20,000 bases of DNA. Source: an uncultured virus (IMG/VR IMGVR_UViG_3300012984_000011) (taxonomy: Duplodnaviria; Heunggongvirae; Uroviricota; Caudoviricetes). The stretch lies in the IMG/VR virus record IMGVR_UViG_3300012984_000011. One strand, written 5' to 3'. Each line of letters opens with the position of its first letter. Position 1 is the first letter of the stretch. The notes under the pieces are model-generated. The model saw nothing but the letters and a program-made list of their open reading frames with translations. It was not told where the DNA came from and ran no database searches. Of the stretch, positions 1 through 8,472 are shown one piece after another. The position numbers and the translations under genes were made by a program.

Positions 1-200
1 ATGGCTTCCCAGCTCGACTTACGGCTGATCTCGAAGTCCTTTTGCCCAGGATGGTGGAACTCAAGAGCCGCCAAGCAGCGGTCATACGGGCAGAATCGGC
101 ACTTGCCTCCCAGGTGCTGGACTGCTCGTTCCTTGAGCTTCTGTCGTCGCTGCTGAGCCCTGAAGTTTCGCTCCCAACGCTTGTCGAGGTCTGTACCCAC
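1..200 (-). CDS. HNH endonuclease (3' end runs off the window)
   Basis: Hand translation from GTG at 200: MGTDLDKRWERNFRAQQRRQKLKERAVQHLGGKCRFCPYDRCLAALEFHHPGQKDFEISRKSSWEAI... The LGGKCxxCxYxxCxxALEFHH pattern is typical of phage HNH nucleases. It is not in the ORF track because no stop lies inside the window. Confidence 0.85.
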   Translation of the reverse strand, partial: MGTDLDKRWERNFRAQQRRQKLKERAVQHLGGKCRFCPYDRCLAALEFHHPGQKDFEISRKSSWEA

Positions 201-223
201 ATAGGGGTCGACCTATCGATAAA

Positions 224-472
224 CTAGCGCTGAACCGGCAGCTCGATATGCGGGACCGCACCCACCATCGTCTTGGGTAGGATGAGGGATCGGTACGGCA
301 CTGAGATTTCCTGCTCGGTAGCGTCGATCCGAACCACGCATCGCTTGGCAGTCTTGCTCACGACCGTGACTGGTATCCGCATCACGAAGCCGTAACCTCC
401 CTTTGGAGTGTGCCGCCACAGGACTCGGATGCCAGGGTAGAGATCCCCGCTATCGCCGAAGTAGAGGTTCAT
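224..472 (-). CDS. hypothetical protein, 82 aa (possible small beta-barrel)
   Basis: ATGA overlap with the upstream 359-aa gene; beta-rich pattern (VTVVSKTAKRCVVRID). Confidence 0.7.
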   Translation of the reverse strand: MNLYFGDSGDLYPGIRVLWRHTPKGGYGFVMRIPVTVVSKTAKRCVVRIDATEQEISVPYRSLILPKTMVGAVPHIELPVQR

Positions 473-1548
473 TTGGACTTAGCTCGAATCTCGGTTGAGC
501 TGAAGTCCCACAAGCCCGGCACCTCGTGAAATAGCTGATCGATGAGGTTCAGATCTTTGATGCCTGAGCGGGCCAACACGTCGTCCATCGTCAGCACCTT
601 GCCGTCTACGGGACGATTGGCGATGTAGAAGGTGGTGCCCAGCTGTGCCATCTCGTACAGCATCGGTGCCACATCCTGCCCCCACTTGGGGTCCAGCATC
701 CGCTGTAGTGAGTCGGACCCCATCGCGATCGGGGTCCCAGGGAAGCGACGGGCCTTGTCGAGGTAGAGCGCATCACCTCGGGTGAAGAGTCGATCATGGC
801 CTCGAAGCATCCTGGATCGTTTGAGCAAGTCCTGCAGAGTCAACGCTTTCTTGTGAGGGCCGTCAGAGGTGACATGGAAGATGCATGGTAGCTTCGACTT
901 GCCGGCCACTACTTTGGATAGCCCTATGTGGCCTGGGTGAGGAGGATTGTAGCTACCTGGCATCAGCACCATCTTGTCAGGAGGTTGGGCCAACCGTTCA
1001 CCGTTGTGTAGGAAGAATGGGTGGGCAAAGAACCGTTCGAGAGCGGCAGCCGAGCCATCGACGAAATTGAATGAGCCCAGACCGGCTGCCTGAAAGATCA
1101 GACTTAGACCTATATTGTCACACAGTTGGCCATCAGCTGTGCGTCTCTTCTGTCCTGACCCTTTTTCAAGAGTCAGTTGGTGGGAGAACACGCCATCGTC
1201 AGAAATCACACAAGCATACACTCGGTGATGCCCACGATGCTCTTTCTCGCTCGCCACAGAGGCAGTCAAACCTAGGCCGATCGGCTTCTTACCACCGAAG
1301 CTGAAGGCTCGCTGATATGCCACACAAGCTAGATCGATCGCCGTCTCGGCGGAGCAGTAGCTGTCCGGAGTGAAGCCCAGGGTCTTTTGCGTCTCCTCTG
1401 GACGATAGGGGAAGCTACAGCCTGACAGGTAAGCGGAGCTGCCAGGCACCCCCCAGAGCAGCTGCTGAAGACCCGCACCTGCTCCAGTGCAGATCAGGTG
1501 GACGTTGACGCCAGCGTGTTTCAGATCCTCTAAACTGTTCATCATCAC
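469..1548 (-). CDS. CinA/PncC-like domain fused to an HxGH nucleotidyltransferase (NMNAT/NadD-like)
   Basis: The N-terminal half has CinA-C-like motifs (CTGAG..LW.VPGSSAY..PY, GLGLTASVA). The C-terminal half has PGSYNPPHPGH (HxGH), MGSDS and a terminal SSTEIR typical of NadD/NadM-like cytidylyltransferase-family enzymes. Confidence 0.85.
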   Translation of the reverse strand: MMMNSLEDLKHAGVNVHLICTGAGAGLQQLLWGVPGSSAYLSGCSFPYRPEETQKTLGFTPDSYCSAETAIDLACVAYQRAFSFGGKKPIGLGLTASVASEKEHRGHHRVYACVISDDGVFSHQLTLEKGSGQKRRTADGQLCDNIGLSLIFQAAGLGSFNFVDGSAAALERFFAHPFFLHNGERLAQPPDKMVLMPGSYNPPHPGHIGLSKVVAGKSKLPCIFHVTSDGPHKKALTLQDLLKRSRMLRGHDRLFTRGDALYLDKARRFPGTPIAMGSDSLQRMLDPKWGQDVAPMLYEMAQLGTTFYIANRPVDGKVLTMDDVLARSGIKDLNLIDQLFHEVPGLWDFSSTEIRAKSK

Positions 1549-1802
1549 TCCAGAGGCGGCATTCCCAGGGCCTTGTGGGCTTCCTCGAAGAACTCGCGAT
1601 TGGTCAAGAGGCCCGCCTCTACACTGGTGAAGAGGACGATCATCCGTCCTTCGAGGGGCAACTTGGCAGAAGACTCGATGATCTGCTTGGCCTGTTCCTT
1701 CCGAAACGCTTCACGTTCCTCATGTTCGATGGTCTGTTGACGGAACACGTCGGACCAACCTTCAAGACTCGAAACTTCGGGTTTTTTCTGATTTTTCGTC
1801 AT
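1545..1802 (-). CDS. hypothetical protein, 85 aa
   Basis: Fills the gap, overlaps the next start, and is preceded by the CTTAA-N17-CGT motif. Confidence 0.7.
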   Translation of the reverse strand: MTKNQKKPEVSSLEGWSDVFRQQTIEHEEREAFRKEQAKQIIESSAKLPLEGRMIVLFTSVEAGLLTNREFFEEAHKALGMPPLE

Positions 1803-1812
1803 GCTTAGATAG

Positions 1813-1838
1813 ACGTCCGTTTTTTGGACGACTTAAGG
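1813..1838 (-). promoter_or_regulatory. putative promoter, class CTTAA-N17-CGT
   Basis: Minus strand reads CCTTAAGTCGT-ccaaaaaac-GGACGT-10 nt-ATG(1802); same layout as 2181-2206. Confidence 0.7.
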
Positions 1839-1840
1839 AT

Positions 1841-2170
1841 TCAGCGGTTAGGTATCGGTCTAAGCACCGCACCATCGTAATAGTACCGTTGTAGCTCGCC
1901 ATCCTTGGGGCGACGGTAGATGGCGTGGTGCACCACATGTTGATGGCCAAGGTTGCAGGTCTGAACCTTTTCGGCGGAGATCAACAGCTTCTCGAACTCG
2001 CTTGGGGGAATGAACCCCCACTCGTCACAATTGGTCTGATCGACCGCATTTTGCCAAGCCAAGTCAGATTTGCAGTCAGGGCAGATGTAGGGTTCAGACC
2101 CGTAATGCTCTGCATACCGGTTCAGATGACCGTTCTGACAAATGCCTTGGACGTAACCTTCGTAGGACAT
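1841..2170 (-). CDS. hypothetical zinc-ribbon protein, 109 aa
   Basis: CQNGH...CPDC and CNLGH motifs; preceded by the promoter motif. Confidence 0.75.
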   Translation of the reverse strand: MSYEGYVQGICQNGHLNRYAEHYGSEPYICPDCKSDLAWQNAVDQTNCDEWGFIPPSEFEKLLISAEKVQTCNLGHQHVVHHAIYRRPKDGELQRYYYDGAVLRPIPNR

Positions 2171-2180
2171 ACGGCAGCAT

Positions 2181-2206
2181 ACGTCCCGCTAGTCAACGAC
2201 TTAAGG
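2181..2206 (-). promoter_or_regulatory. putative promoter, class CTTAA-N17-CGT
   Basis: Minus strand reads CCTTAAGTCGT-tgactagcg-GGACGT-10 nt-ATG(2170). Confidence 0.7.
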
Positions 2207-2207
2207 C

Positions 2208-5200
2208 TCAGACGGCAGCTTTGATCTCTTGCGGCACGTCCGCTACTGCGATCTCGGCCCATTGGTCAGAACCCAATCCGCCTGGACGAACCGAATCCTT
2301 CTTGGCCTTTGGAGTCTTGCGGTCGAACACCACCTTCTTACCGGCCCAGCCGCCGTTCTTCTGCTCGGATTCGGCCAAGAAGTAGGTCTCCCCCACATGC
2401 TTGTGCTTGTACCACTTGCCGACTTCCATTCGGCCAGCGGACTTGAAACGGGCAACTACCTGGGAAACCTTGGGGTCCATGTATGCTCCAATCGAAAGAT
2501 ACTTTACTGCAAGTCTTCTGTCCGAAGCAAGTTTTACCATACCAGGGATCGTGATGCGGAGCCATTCACGGATCTGAGGATGGACGGTTGCAGGACCGTA
2601 GCCTACGAGCCGGCCGATTGCTTCACAAAAGGCTTCTTCGGTGTTCTTATTGGCGTAGCCTGTGATGGGATGTCGGGGTACTGGGAGGGTCCGTACACCT
2701 CGTTCCAAAGCATCTACGAAGTCGGAGCGCTCCTCATATGTGGCCCCGCCACTACGTTCCTGACCCAATGTGTCAACCTGAAGAGCCAAGATGGGATCTT
2801 TGAAGGCCCACTTCTCCGCAAACTCGGAGCCATACTTGATGGAAGACGGCCACTCGTCCAACAGCTTCTCAAGGTCAAGCGGCCCGTAGTCCTGGCGGAT
2901 AGCTTCATCCCAGAATACGCGAGCCCCTTTGCTCAAACCTTTGAAGAGATGGTGTCCCATCTCGTGGGCCAACATGTGAGCCCCCCATTCGGGAGGTTCT
3001 CCCGAGAGAGCACTCATAGCAATCGAAATATGGTCTCCTTCGTATAGGCCGCCTTCATTCATCTTGCTAGCAAAATTGAACACGAGAGGTAGCTGCTTCT
3101 GAATCAGCCAAGGAAGATGCTTGCTAGCCTTGCGTCGGTACTGCTGCAATGCCTCCCGCATCTTGTAGAGGGCGTTCTGCTGCCAATCCGAAGATTGGTC
3201 GTAGGCCCGCATCTCCACCTGGAATCCCTCAAACACCAGGCGATCTCTGTCAGGGGTCGTGACATCAACCTTTCGATCTACCCTGTATTCCAGCGTTTCT
3301 TTCAGATTTTTCCAGAAGATCTGTGCCTTGGACCGAACCCTCTTATCCCAGGCCGCCACCTCAGACTTGTAGCGATTGAACAGCGACTCTTTGGAGTTGT
3401 ATTCGTCAGGGTACCCCAATGGCATCGATAGTTCGGTGTAGAAATCCCACGCCACCTTACGGACACCTTCGAAAGAAGTATCACCGTTGTCCTTGAAACG
3501 ATTCAGGAAATCATCAAAGAAGAACTTCCTGAATCGGGTCCGATAGACCTTCAGCCCCTCACGAAGCTTTTCCCCGTCTTCATAAGTGTTGATTCGGGGG
3601 ATGTTCTTGACCAGGGTCAAGAAGTCTTTGCGAAGACGCTCTACCCAAGCCTCATCGATTGTCTCGACTTTGGCGGTCTTGTAGCGCTCTACTAAAGTTG
3701 CTGTCTTAAGCACGGACTTGAACGACTCGATCTGATCCCGATTCATGTCTTGACCCATCACGTAGTGGGCGAATACCTCAGCCCAAGCCTCATCAATGTT
3801 ACTTTCACCGTAGCTGCTGACAGGGAGCACTTGACGAGGATCTTGGTCCCACTCGTCCTGCCATTCTTTCCTGGTCTTCTCAGCTTTGGCTTGAGCCAAA
3901 TCGTTCGTGGCTTTGACCGCAATATCGACATAGAGCGTCGCCTCGGCCTCTGCTTCCGAAATCGCTTGTTCGGTCTTCTCCACCCACTTGGGGCGGACTT
4001 TCTCGAAGATGCCCCACCAGTACTTGTCAAAGTTCTTGGGGGCTTTGGCCGGCTCAGGGGTAGAGCGCACCTCTTCTTCGATCTCCCACATCAGATTCCG
4101 ACAGGCTTCCGACAATTTGCCGTTGGCTTCTAGGGCGATGTGGAATTGAGCCTTGGCCTCTGGAGAAACAATCACCTCCGCTCCCGCACTATGCATGGCG
4201 GTCAACAGGTCGTTCTGAGCATCCCAGCCCGCACTCGCGATATTGTCTCTGTACTTCTCGATCGGCTCTTTCCACCATTTGGCTTTCGCTTGGCCAAACT
4301 GTTTGAGCAACTCTCTGACTCGGGATACCGAGGTCTCAATAGCCCGATGAGCTTCTTGGATCTTGTGATCGGAAATCGTCCGTTCACTGTAAGACACCCC
4401 AGGAGCCTGCCTCTTGTGAACCCTCACAAGAGATTCGAACTTGGCTCGTTGAGTCTGACTCATCTGCTTGAACCAGAATCGGTGGCCGAGCTCATGAGCC
4501 ATCAGCTCAACAATGAAGCTGCTGGGACGACTAAAGACCTGAACGGTGTCTTTACCGATGTGATAGTTGCCTCCCACCCCACCACCCGTATTATGGTTCG
4601 ACCCACCGCAAGCCTCGCATTGGATGAAAACCGTGCCGTACCAAGCTTTGGCCACCCCCTTTTGCTTCATCCGCTGATAGGCTTCATCCAGGTAGTTGAT
4701 GTAAGCCTTGATCTGACCAGGTGTGACGGTGCTATCGTCAATCACCACTTTCATTCCGTATAGGTCGAATTCCTTGTAGGCCGAGATGTCTTCGAACGGA
4801 TGCTCCGCCGGCTGACTCTTAATCCTGTCGGCATCTTCCCGTAAGATCTTCAGGGCTTTGTCCAAGGTGGCGGTCAGCTGCTTGCCGTTTACCGCATCAG
4901 AGAAGTCCCGCTGATACAGGTCTAGCATGCGCTCACCATCCTCAGCAGGGAAGCCAGGCAAACCGGTCTTCTCCATCACTTGCTGCCAATGCTTGGCCTT
5001 ATCCTGTTCGTCCACCACAGCCGCTTTCAAAGCGTCCAGCAGCTTCTTGACTTCCTTGCCTTCGGACATCTCTTGGAGGCCCGTATAGGGACCCCTACGG
5101 GCAAAGAACACCTGTTCGCCCATGTTGGTTACGAAGTCTTTCAGCTGAGCAAAGGTACGGTGAACTGCCGGCCAACCATTAGGCTTCGAATCGAGTAGCT

Positions 5201-5288
5201 TGAGCCACCCACGGCGAACCCCCATCAGCCACGGCTTGTCAAGGATCTCAGCCGTCAAGAAGCGAGCCGCCACCCGCTTGGCCAACAT
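2208..5288 (-). CDS. 1026-aa multidomain protein with two tandem zincin (HExxH, lethal-factor-like) metallopeptidase domains; probable virion/ejected protein
   Basis: AHELGH (4482-4496) with distal SSYGESNIDEAWAE, and AHEMGH (2952-2966) with distal TGYANKNTEEAFCE. Each module begins with a similar helix (EILDKPWLMGVRRGWLKLL / ETIDEAWVERLRKDFLTLV). Confidence 0.8.
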   Translation of the reverse strand: MLAKRVAARFLTAEILDKPWLMGVRRGWLKLLDSKPNGWPAVHRTFAQLKDFVTNMGEQVFFARRGPYTGLQEMSEGKEVKKLLDALKAAVVDEQDKAKHWQQVMEKTGLPGFPAEDGERMLDLYQRDFSDAVNGKQLTATLDKALKILREDADRIKSQPAEHPFEDISAYKEFDLYGMKVVIDDSTVTPGQIKAYINYLDEAYQRMKQKGVAKAWYGTVFIQCEACGGSNHNTGGGVGGNYHIGKDTVQVFSRPSSFIVELMAHELGHRFWFKQMSQTQRAKFESLVRVHKRQAPGVSYSERTISDHKIQEAHRAIETSVSRVRELLKQFGQAKAKWWKEPIEKYRDNIASAGWDAQNDLLTAMHSAGAEVIVSPEAKAQFHIALEANGKLSEACRNLMWEIEEEVRSTPEPAKAPKNFDKYWWGIFEKVRPKWVEKTEQAISEAEAEATLYVDIAVKATNDLAQAKAEKTRKEWQDEWDQDPRQVLPVSSYGESNIDEAWAEVFAHYVMGQDMNRDQIESFKSVLKTATLVERYKTAKVETIDEAWVERLRKDFLTLVKNIPRINTYEDGEKLREGLKVYRTRFRKFFFDDFLNRFKDNGDTSFEGVRKVAWDFYTELSMPLGYPDEYNSKESLFNRYKSEVAAWDKRVRSKAQIFWKNLKETLEYRVDRKVDVTTPDRDRLVFEGFQVEMRAYDQSSDWQQNALYKMREALQQYRRKASKHLPWLIQKQLPLVFNFASKMNEGGLYEGDHISIAMSALSGEPPEWGAHMLAHEMGHHLFKGLSKGARVFWDEAIRQDYGPLDLEKLLDEWPSSIKYGSEFAEKWAFKDPILALQVDTLGQERSGGATYEERSDFVDALERGVRTLPVPRHPITGYANKNTEEAFCEAIGRLVGYGPATVHPQIREWLRITIPGMVKLASDRRLAVKYLSIGAYMDPKVSQVVARFKSAGRMEVGKWYKHKHVGETYFLAESEQKNGGWAGKKVVFDRKTPKAKKDSVRPGGLGSDQWAEIAVADVPQEIKAAV

Positions 5289-5289
5289 C

Positions 5290-6318
5290 TCAACGGTCCC
5301 CGGTCAAAAAGCGACGGATCAAAGAGGCCTCTTTCATCCCCTTCATGACCTCACCACTCTCTAGGAATTTTTCGGCTAGACCTGGCGTCAAATATTGATT
5401 CTTGAGCGTACTAGGGGTGTGGCCCACGTCTTCCGCCACCAGCTCCAACGCTTCTTTGAATTCGTCCTTGAGCTGCTTCTCACGTTCCTTCTTATCCTGA
5501 GGAAGCTTGCCACCCTTGGATCGAACTTTCCTCAAGGCTTCCCTCATATCCGAGTTTGCATGATAGCCGCGGAGATCTTTTGCAGTTATATCAAAATCCT
5601 TCAGATAGTCGTTTACGGTCGAACCGGTGACCTTTCCGCCTTCATGGCAGAAGATAGACCCGTCCTTGCACGAATCGTGGGCTTTCTTGAGGGCCGACAC
5701 CACCGCAGCGTCATCCACTACTTTCTTGTGTTTGACCCCCGATTTACCCGTATATTTGATGGTCGCCTTGCCGCCACTGAAGCTGATATGCTTCTTTTCC
5801 CACGTCGAAACCCCGTAGTGGCCCTCGCCCTTATCGTTCAGATCCCCCGCTGCTGACGCCTCAGAGCCGATTCGTTCAGCCGTCGCATCCATCAACGCTA
5901 CCGCCAAAGCTGATAGGGCGGTCTTAGGGTCGTCCGATTTGAGGTCTTTCTTGACCTGGGTTCGCAATTTCTCGATCGAGCCGCTAAGTTTCTCAAGCCG
6001 CTCCGCCTTGGCCTTATTGCGTTTGGCCACCTGACCCTCAGAATAGACGTAAACCGTTGTCGTACCCTTGCCATTGGCCTTGGGTACCTTCTTCTTTTCC
6101 TGGTATTTGGCCACCACCCGTTGGGCGGCAGTTCGCTCAACCCTATAGAATCCATCAGCATCTGGCCCATTTTCCCATCGCCAGGATTGGTCATCACCAG
6201 GTTTGGGGCATGTCGACTCATTTGGGCCCAGGAAGCCGCAACGGAGACAAGTCCAGGCATCCCTACCGTCATCGTAGGTCATCGAGGCGCCGCAGGTGGG
6301 GCAATCACAAGGCATCAT
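5290..6318 (-). CDS. DNA topoisomerase IB (bacterial/viral type) with N-terminal Zn ribbon
   Basis: Catalytic motifs occur in order: ERIGS (R), YTGKSG (K), TAKDLR (R), VGHTP (H), KNQY (Y). N-terminal CPTC...CLRC. Start placed at the ATG at 6318 rather than the ORF-track start at 6423. Confidence 0.88.
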   Translation of the reverse strand: MMPCDCPTCGASMTYDDGRDAWTCLRCGFLGPNESTCPKPGDDQSWRWENGPDADGFYRVERTAAQRVVAKYQEKKKVPKANGKGTTTVYVYSEGQVAKRNKAKAERLEKLSGSIEKLRTQVKKDLKSDDPKTALSALAVALMDATAERIGSEASAAGDLNDKGEGHYGVSTWEKKHISFSGGKATIKYTGKSGVKHKKVVDDAAVVSALKKAHDSCKDGSIFCHEGGKVTGSTVNDYLKDFDITAKDLRGYHANSDMREALRKVRSKGGKLPQDKKEREKQLKDEFKEALELVAEDVGHTPSTLKNQYLTPGLAEKFLESGEVMKGMKEASLIRRFLTGDR

Positions 6319-6389
6319 TTCAAGTAGCTGGGCCAATAAATAGAACCAGGGACTTAGGATTCTGGCCAAATGGGCCGTCCATAGGGTTG

Positions 6390-6902
6390 ATGTCCAAAAA
6401 CGAAGAGAATCCAGTCCAGCCAATCGGGATGATCTCAGTACTTGACCTGAGGCCGTACAGTCGGCGCTCCAAGAAGTGTTCGACCAAAGTATACGTCCAC
6501 GGGTTAGGTTCGAATCCTACCCTATGGATTGAGGCTGGAGAGGCTCGCCTCAACATGAAATCCAATCGTCCAGGGGAAGCGGATCTGAGTGTCTATTGGG
6601 ATGGGGTGGTGGACCAAGATCATAAATCCGCCTACATCCTAATCCTACCCTTGATTGGCATTAGGCTGATGGAAGTCATCAACCACACGACAGGCTTGGA
6701 AGCCTGGATTGATCCCAACAACTTCGATGGGTTCCGTGTACCAAGCCCTGGCTACGTCTACCCTGGGTTGACCCAACCTTGCAAGTTCTGTGCTGTACGT
6801 AGCAAGCATCAGATGGGCCCCTACATCCCTCCCCCAAACAAGGAGCTATTCAGAGAGATGCGGGGGCGTAAGGTTGAGATTCAGATCGGTCCAAAAGACT
6901 AG
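6390..6902 (+). CDS. hypothetical protein, about 170 aa (single CxxC)
   Basis: Only ORF filling the gap between topo IB and the DHH gene; converges on the DHH gene with overlapping stops (CTAG 6899-6902). A degenerate CTTAG-N18-CGT (6353-6378) lies upstream of ATG 6390. Confidence 0.7.
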   Translation: MSKNEENPVQPIGMISVLDLRPYSRRSKKCSTKVYVHGLGSNPTLWIEAGEARLNMKSNRPGEADLSVYWDGVVDQDHKSAYILILPLIGIRLMEVINHTTGLEAWIDPNNFDGFRVPSPGYVYPGLTQPCKFCAVRSKHQMGPYIPPPNKELFREMRGRKVEIQIGPKD

Positions 6903-8011
6903 GAACGCAGGTTCCAGCGATAATCTTTGACCAACGTCTGGTAGACGTCAGCAGGTAAGGTCCTGTTTCGGTACTCCTCAGAGCCCAACATGACCTTCCA
7001 GCTGTCTTCCACCCCCTCATAGTTGCGCACCAACTGCTCCACAAGTGCAAATGGCTGTAGATCCATAGGTTGTAGCAGTTGGTTGAAGCCAGCTGAATAG
7101 GTGTGGCCGCCTCCCCCATGGGCGGATGCGAAAGCGTTGCAGTCGAAGGTGCCACGAGAACGGGTAGAGAACACCATTTTCTGCACTCCGTCCTCAACGA
7201 ATAGGGCGAAGCCGATCGTCAAGTCGTTATCCTCAGCCATCTTCTCGGACGCATCGCTGGTGGGCTTGGTGCCTTCGAACACCATCACTCGGCGTCCCTT
7301 CTCAGAGACGAAGCGATGCGACCCTTTGATCGCCTTTTCGACATGTCGGAGGCTTCGCTCATACAGGATTGGACCTATCTTGAGCAACTCTGGCCATCTG
7401 GACCAATCAGTCATAGCTAGCTCGTCCCAGGGCCAGAAATGAACCGCGTCTGACACCTCACAAGCTTGACGCCAACGAATGTCTTGCTTCTGCCAAGTGT
7501 CGCGAATACCGATCAGGGTGGCGAAATCTTGCAGACCTGAGGACTTGCCCCCCTGATCCATGAGCCAGCGATTCCGGCGCAACAACTCTCGTTTGGCTGA
7601 GTTTGGTTCCTTCAAGGCTTGTTCTGCCTGAAACCTATCTAGAGGAAGCCACACTTCCCTAAAGGCCAGCATCGCTCCACTGACGCCTGGGTCCGCCACC
7701 TCATCGCCGAACGCTCCCAAGCCGGCCTCAACGAACGGCATCACCGCATGCTTGACCTTCTTGTGATGGTCTAGCACCAACGCTCCTACATCAAGAAATT
7801 CACGGATCCTTGACGGGTCGGGGCTGATGTCACAGAACAGTTGTCCTGGTCGGGGTTCCAGCGTCCGATAGGGCTCAGTACCGTGCTGCAAGAACGTTAC
7901 TTTGGCTGCAGGCAGGCAGTCGTGCAGGATCATCGCGCTGGCGGTCCCGTCCGAACAGTTGTCATGTACAATAATTTCGTCGACTGCCAGTAGTTTGGAT
8001 GTTTCGATCAT
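6899..8011 (-). CDS. DHH-family phosphoesterase (NrnB/oligoribonuclease-like)
   Basis: HDNCSDG, CDISP, LDHH, SGAML, RDTW and the DHHA1-type GGGGHTYSAGF motifs. Confidence 0.88.
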   Translation of the reverse strand: MIETSKLLAVDEIIVHDNCSDGTASAMILHDCLPAAKVTFLQHGTEPYRTLEPRPGQLFCDISPDPSRIREFLDVGALVLDHHKKVKHAVMPFVEAGLGAFGDEVADPGVSGAMLAFREVWLPLDRFQAEQALKEPNSAKRELLRRNRWLMDQGGKSSGLQDFATLIGIRDTWQKQDIRWRQACEVSDAVHFWPWDELAMTDWSRWPELLKIGPILYERSLRHVEKAIKGSHRFVSEKGRRVMVFEGTKPTSDASEKMAEDNDLTIGFALFVEDGVQKMVFSTRSRGTFDCNAFASAHGGGGHTYSAGFNQLLQPMDLQPFALVEQLVRNYEGVEDSWKVMLGSEEYRNRTLPADVYQTLVKDYRWNLRS

Positions 8012-8472
8012 AGGACTTTCAAGCCTTTTTTGAGGCCTTCTCTGTAGAGATGTTCAAGATTTAGCCAGTATTGCTTCGGAGTGTCAAGCTTCTGACTCAA
8101 AAGTTCAGCCAACTCGTCGGTGATGGGACACTCATCTAACAACACCGCCCTAACCTCAGCTTCACGCTCTGCAAACACCTGAGTATCGACTTGTCGAAAT
8201 TTCAACAGGTCTCGAAGATGCGAGCTAGGACGAGTCACCCAATCAGGATCGAAGTCTGGGATGGGCTCTAACTCGATCGCCAGCTGCTTGACCAGACTAT
8301 CAGGTAGTCCTGGCAAATAGTGTTTGAGAGCCATCTCAGCACTATCCTGGGTCTCAAACACCCTAGCCTTGTCTCGACTGCTGGTGAACCACCCATTCTG
8401 GTCTAATCCAAGATAGCGATATCGACTGACGGTCGGATATTGGATCCTGACCCTGTAACCACGCTCTGACAT
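8008..8472 (-). CDS. protein with C-terminal HigA/XRE-like HTH antidote domain
   Basis: The C-terminus PSSHLRDLL...PITDELAELLSQKLDTPKQYWLNLEHLY resembles HigA/VapI antidotes (IT.E.A..L...F.T...WLNLQ..Y). Start placed at the TGATG overlap at 8472. Confidence 0.65.
   Translation of the reverse strand: MSERGYRVRIQYPTVSRYRYLGLDQNGWFTSSRDKARVFETQDSAEMALKHYLPGLPDSLVKQLAIELEPIPDFDPDWVTRPSSHLRDLLKFRQVDTQVFAEREAEVRAVLLDECPITDELAELLSQKLDTPKQYWLNLEHLYREGLKKGLKVL

Noticed and set aside
1814..1830. CGTCC/GGACG inverted repeat as an intrinsic terminator
   Set aside because: Only a 5-bp stem, with the T-run in the loop rather than after the stem; it lies inside the promoter motif.
2176..2196. TTGACT...TATGCT on the minus strand as a sigma70 promoter
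   Set aside because: The spacing is only 9 nt; the site is better explained by the CTTAA-N17-CGT class.
2229..5856. Long plus-strand ORFs (272, 207, 153 aa and others) antisense to the large genes
   Set aside because: Shadow ORFs opposite genes with clear motifs; no recognisable protein features. The same applies to 12338-12946 and 15892-16599.
5290..6318. Tyrosine recombinase/integrase interpretation
   Set aside because: The motif context (RIG, YTGKSG, KDLR, GHTP...Y) fits topoisomerase IB, and no att-like repeats were seen.
6335..6343. AATAAATAG resembling the T4 late promoter TATAAATA on the plus strand
   Set aside because: Single imperfect copy with no recurrence elsewhere in the window.
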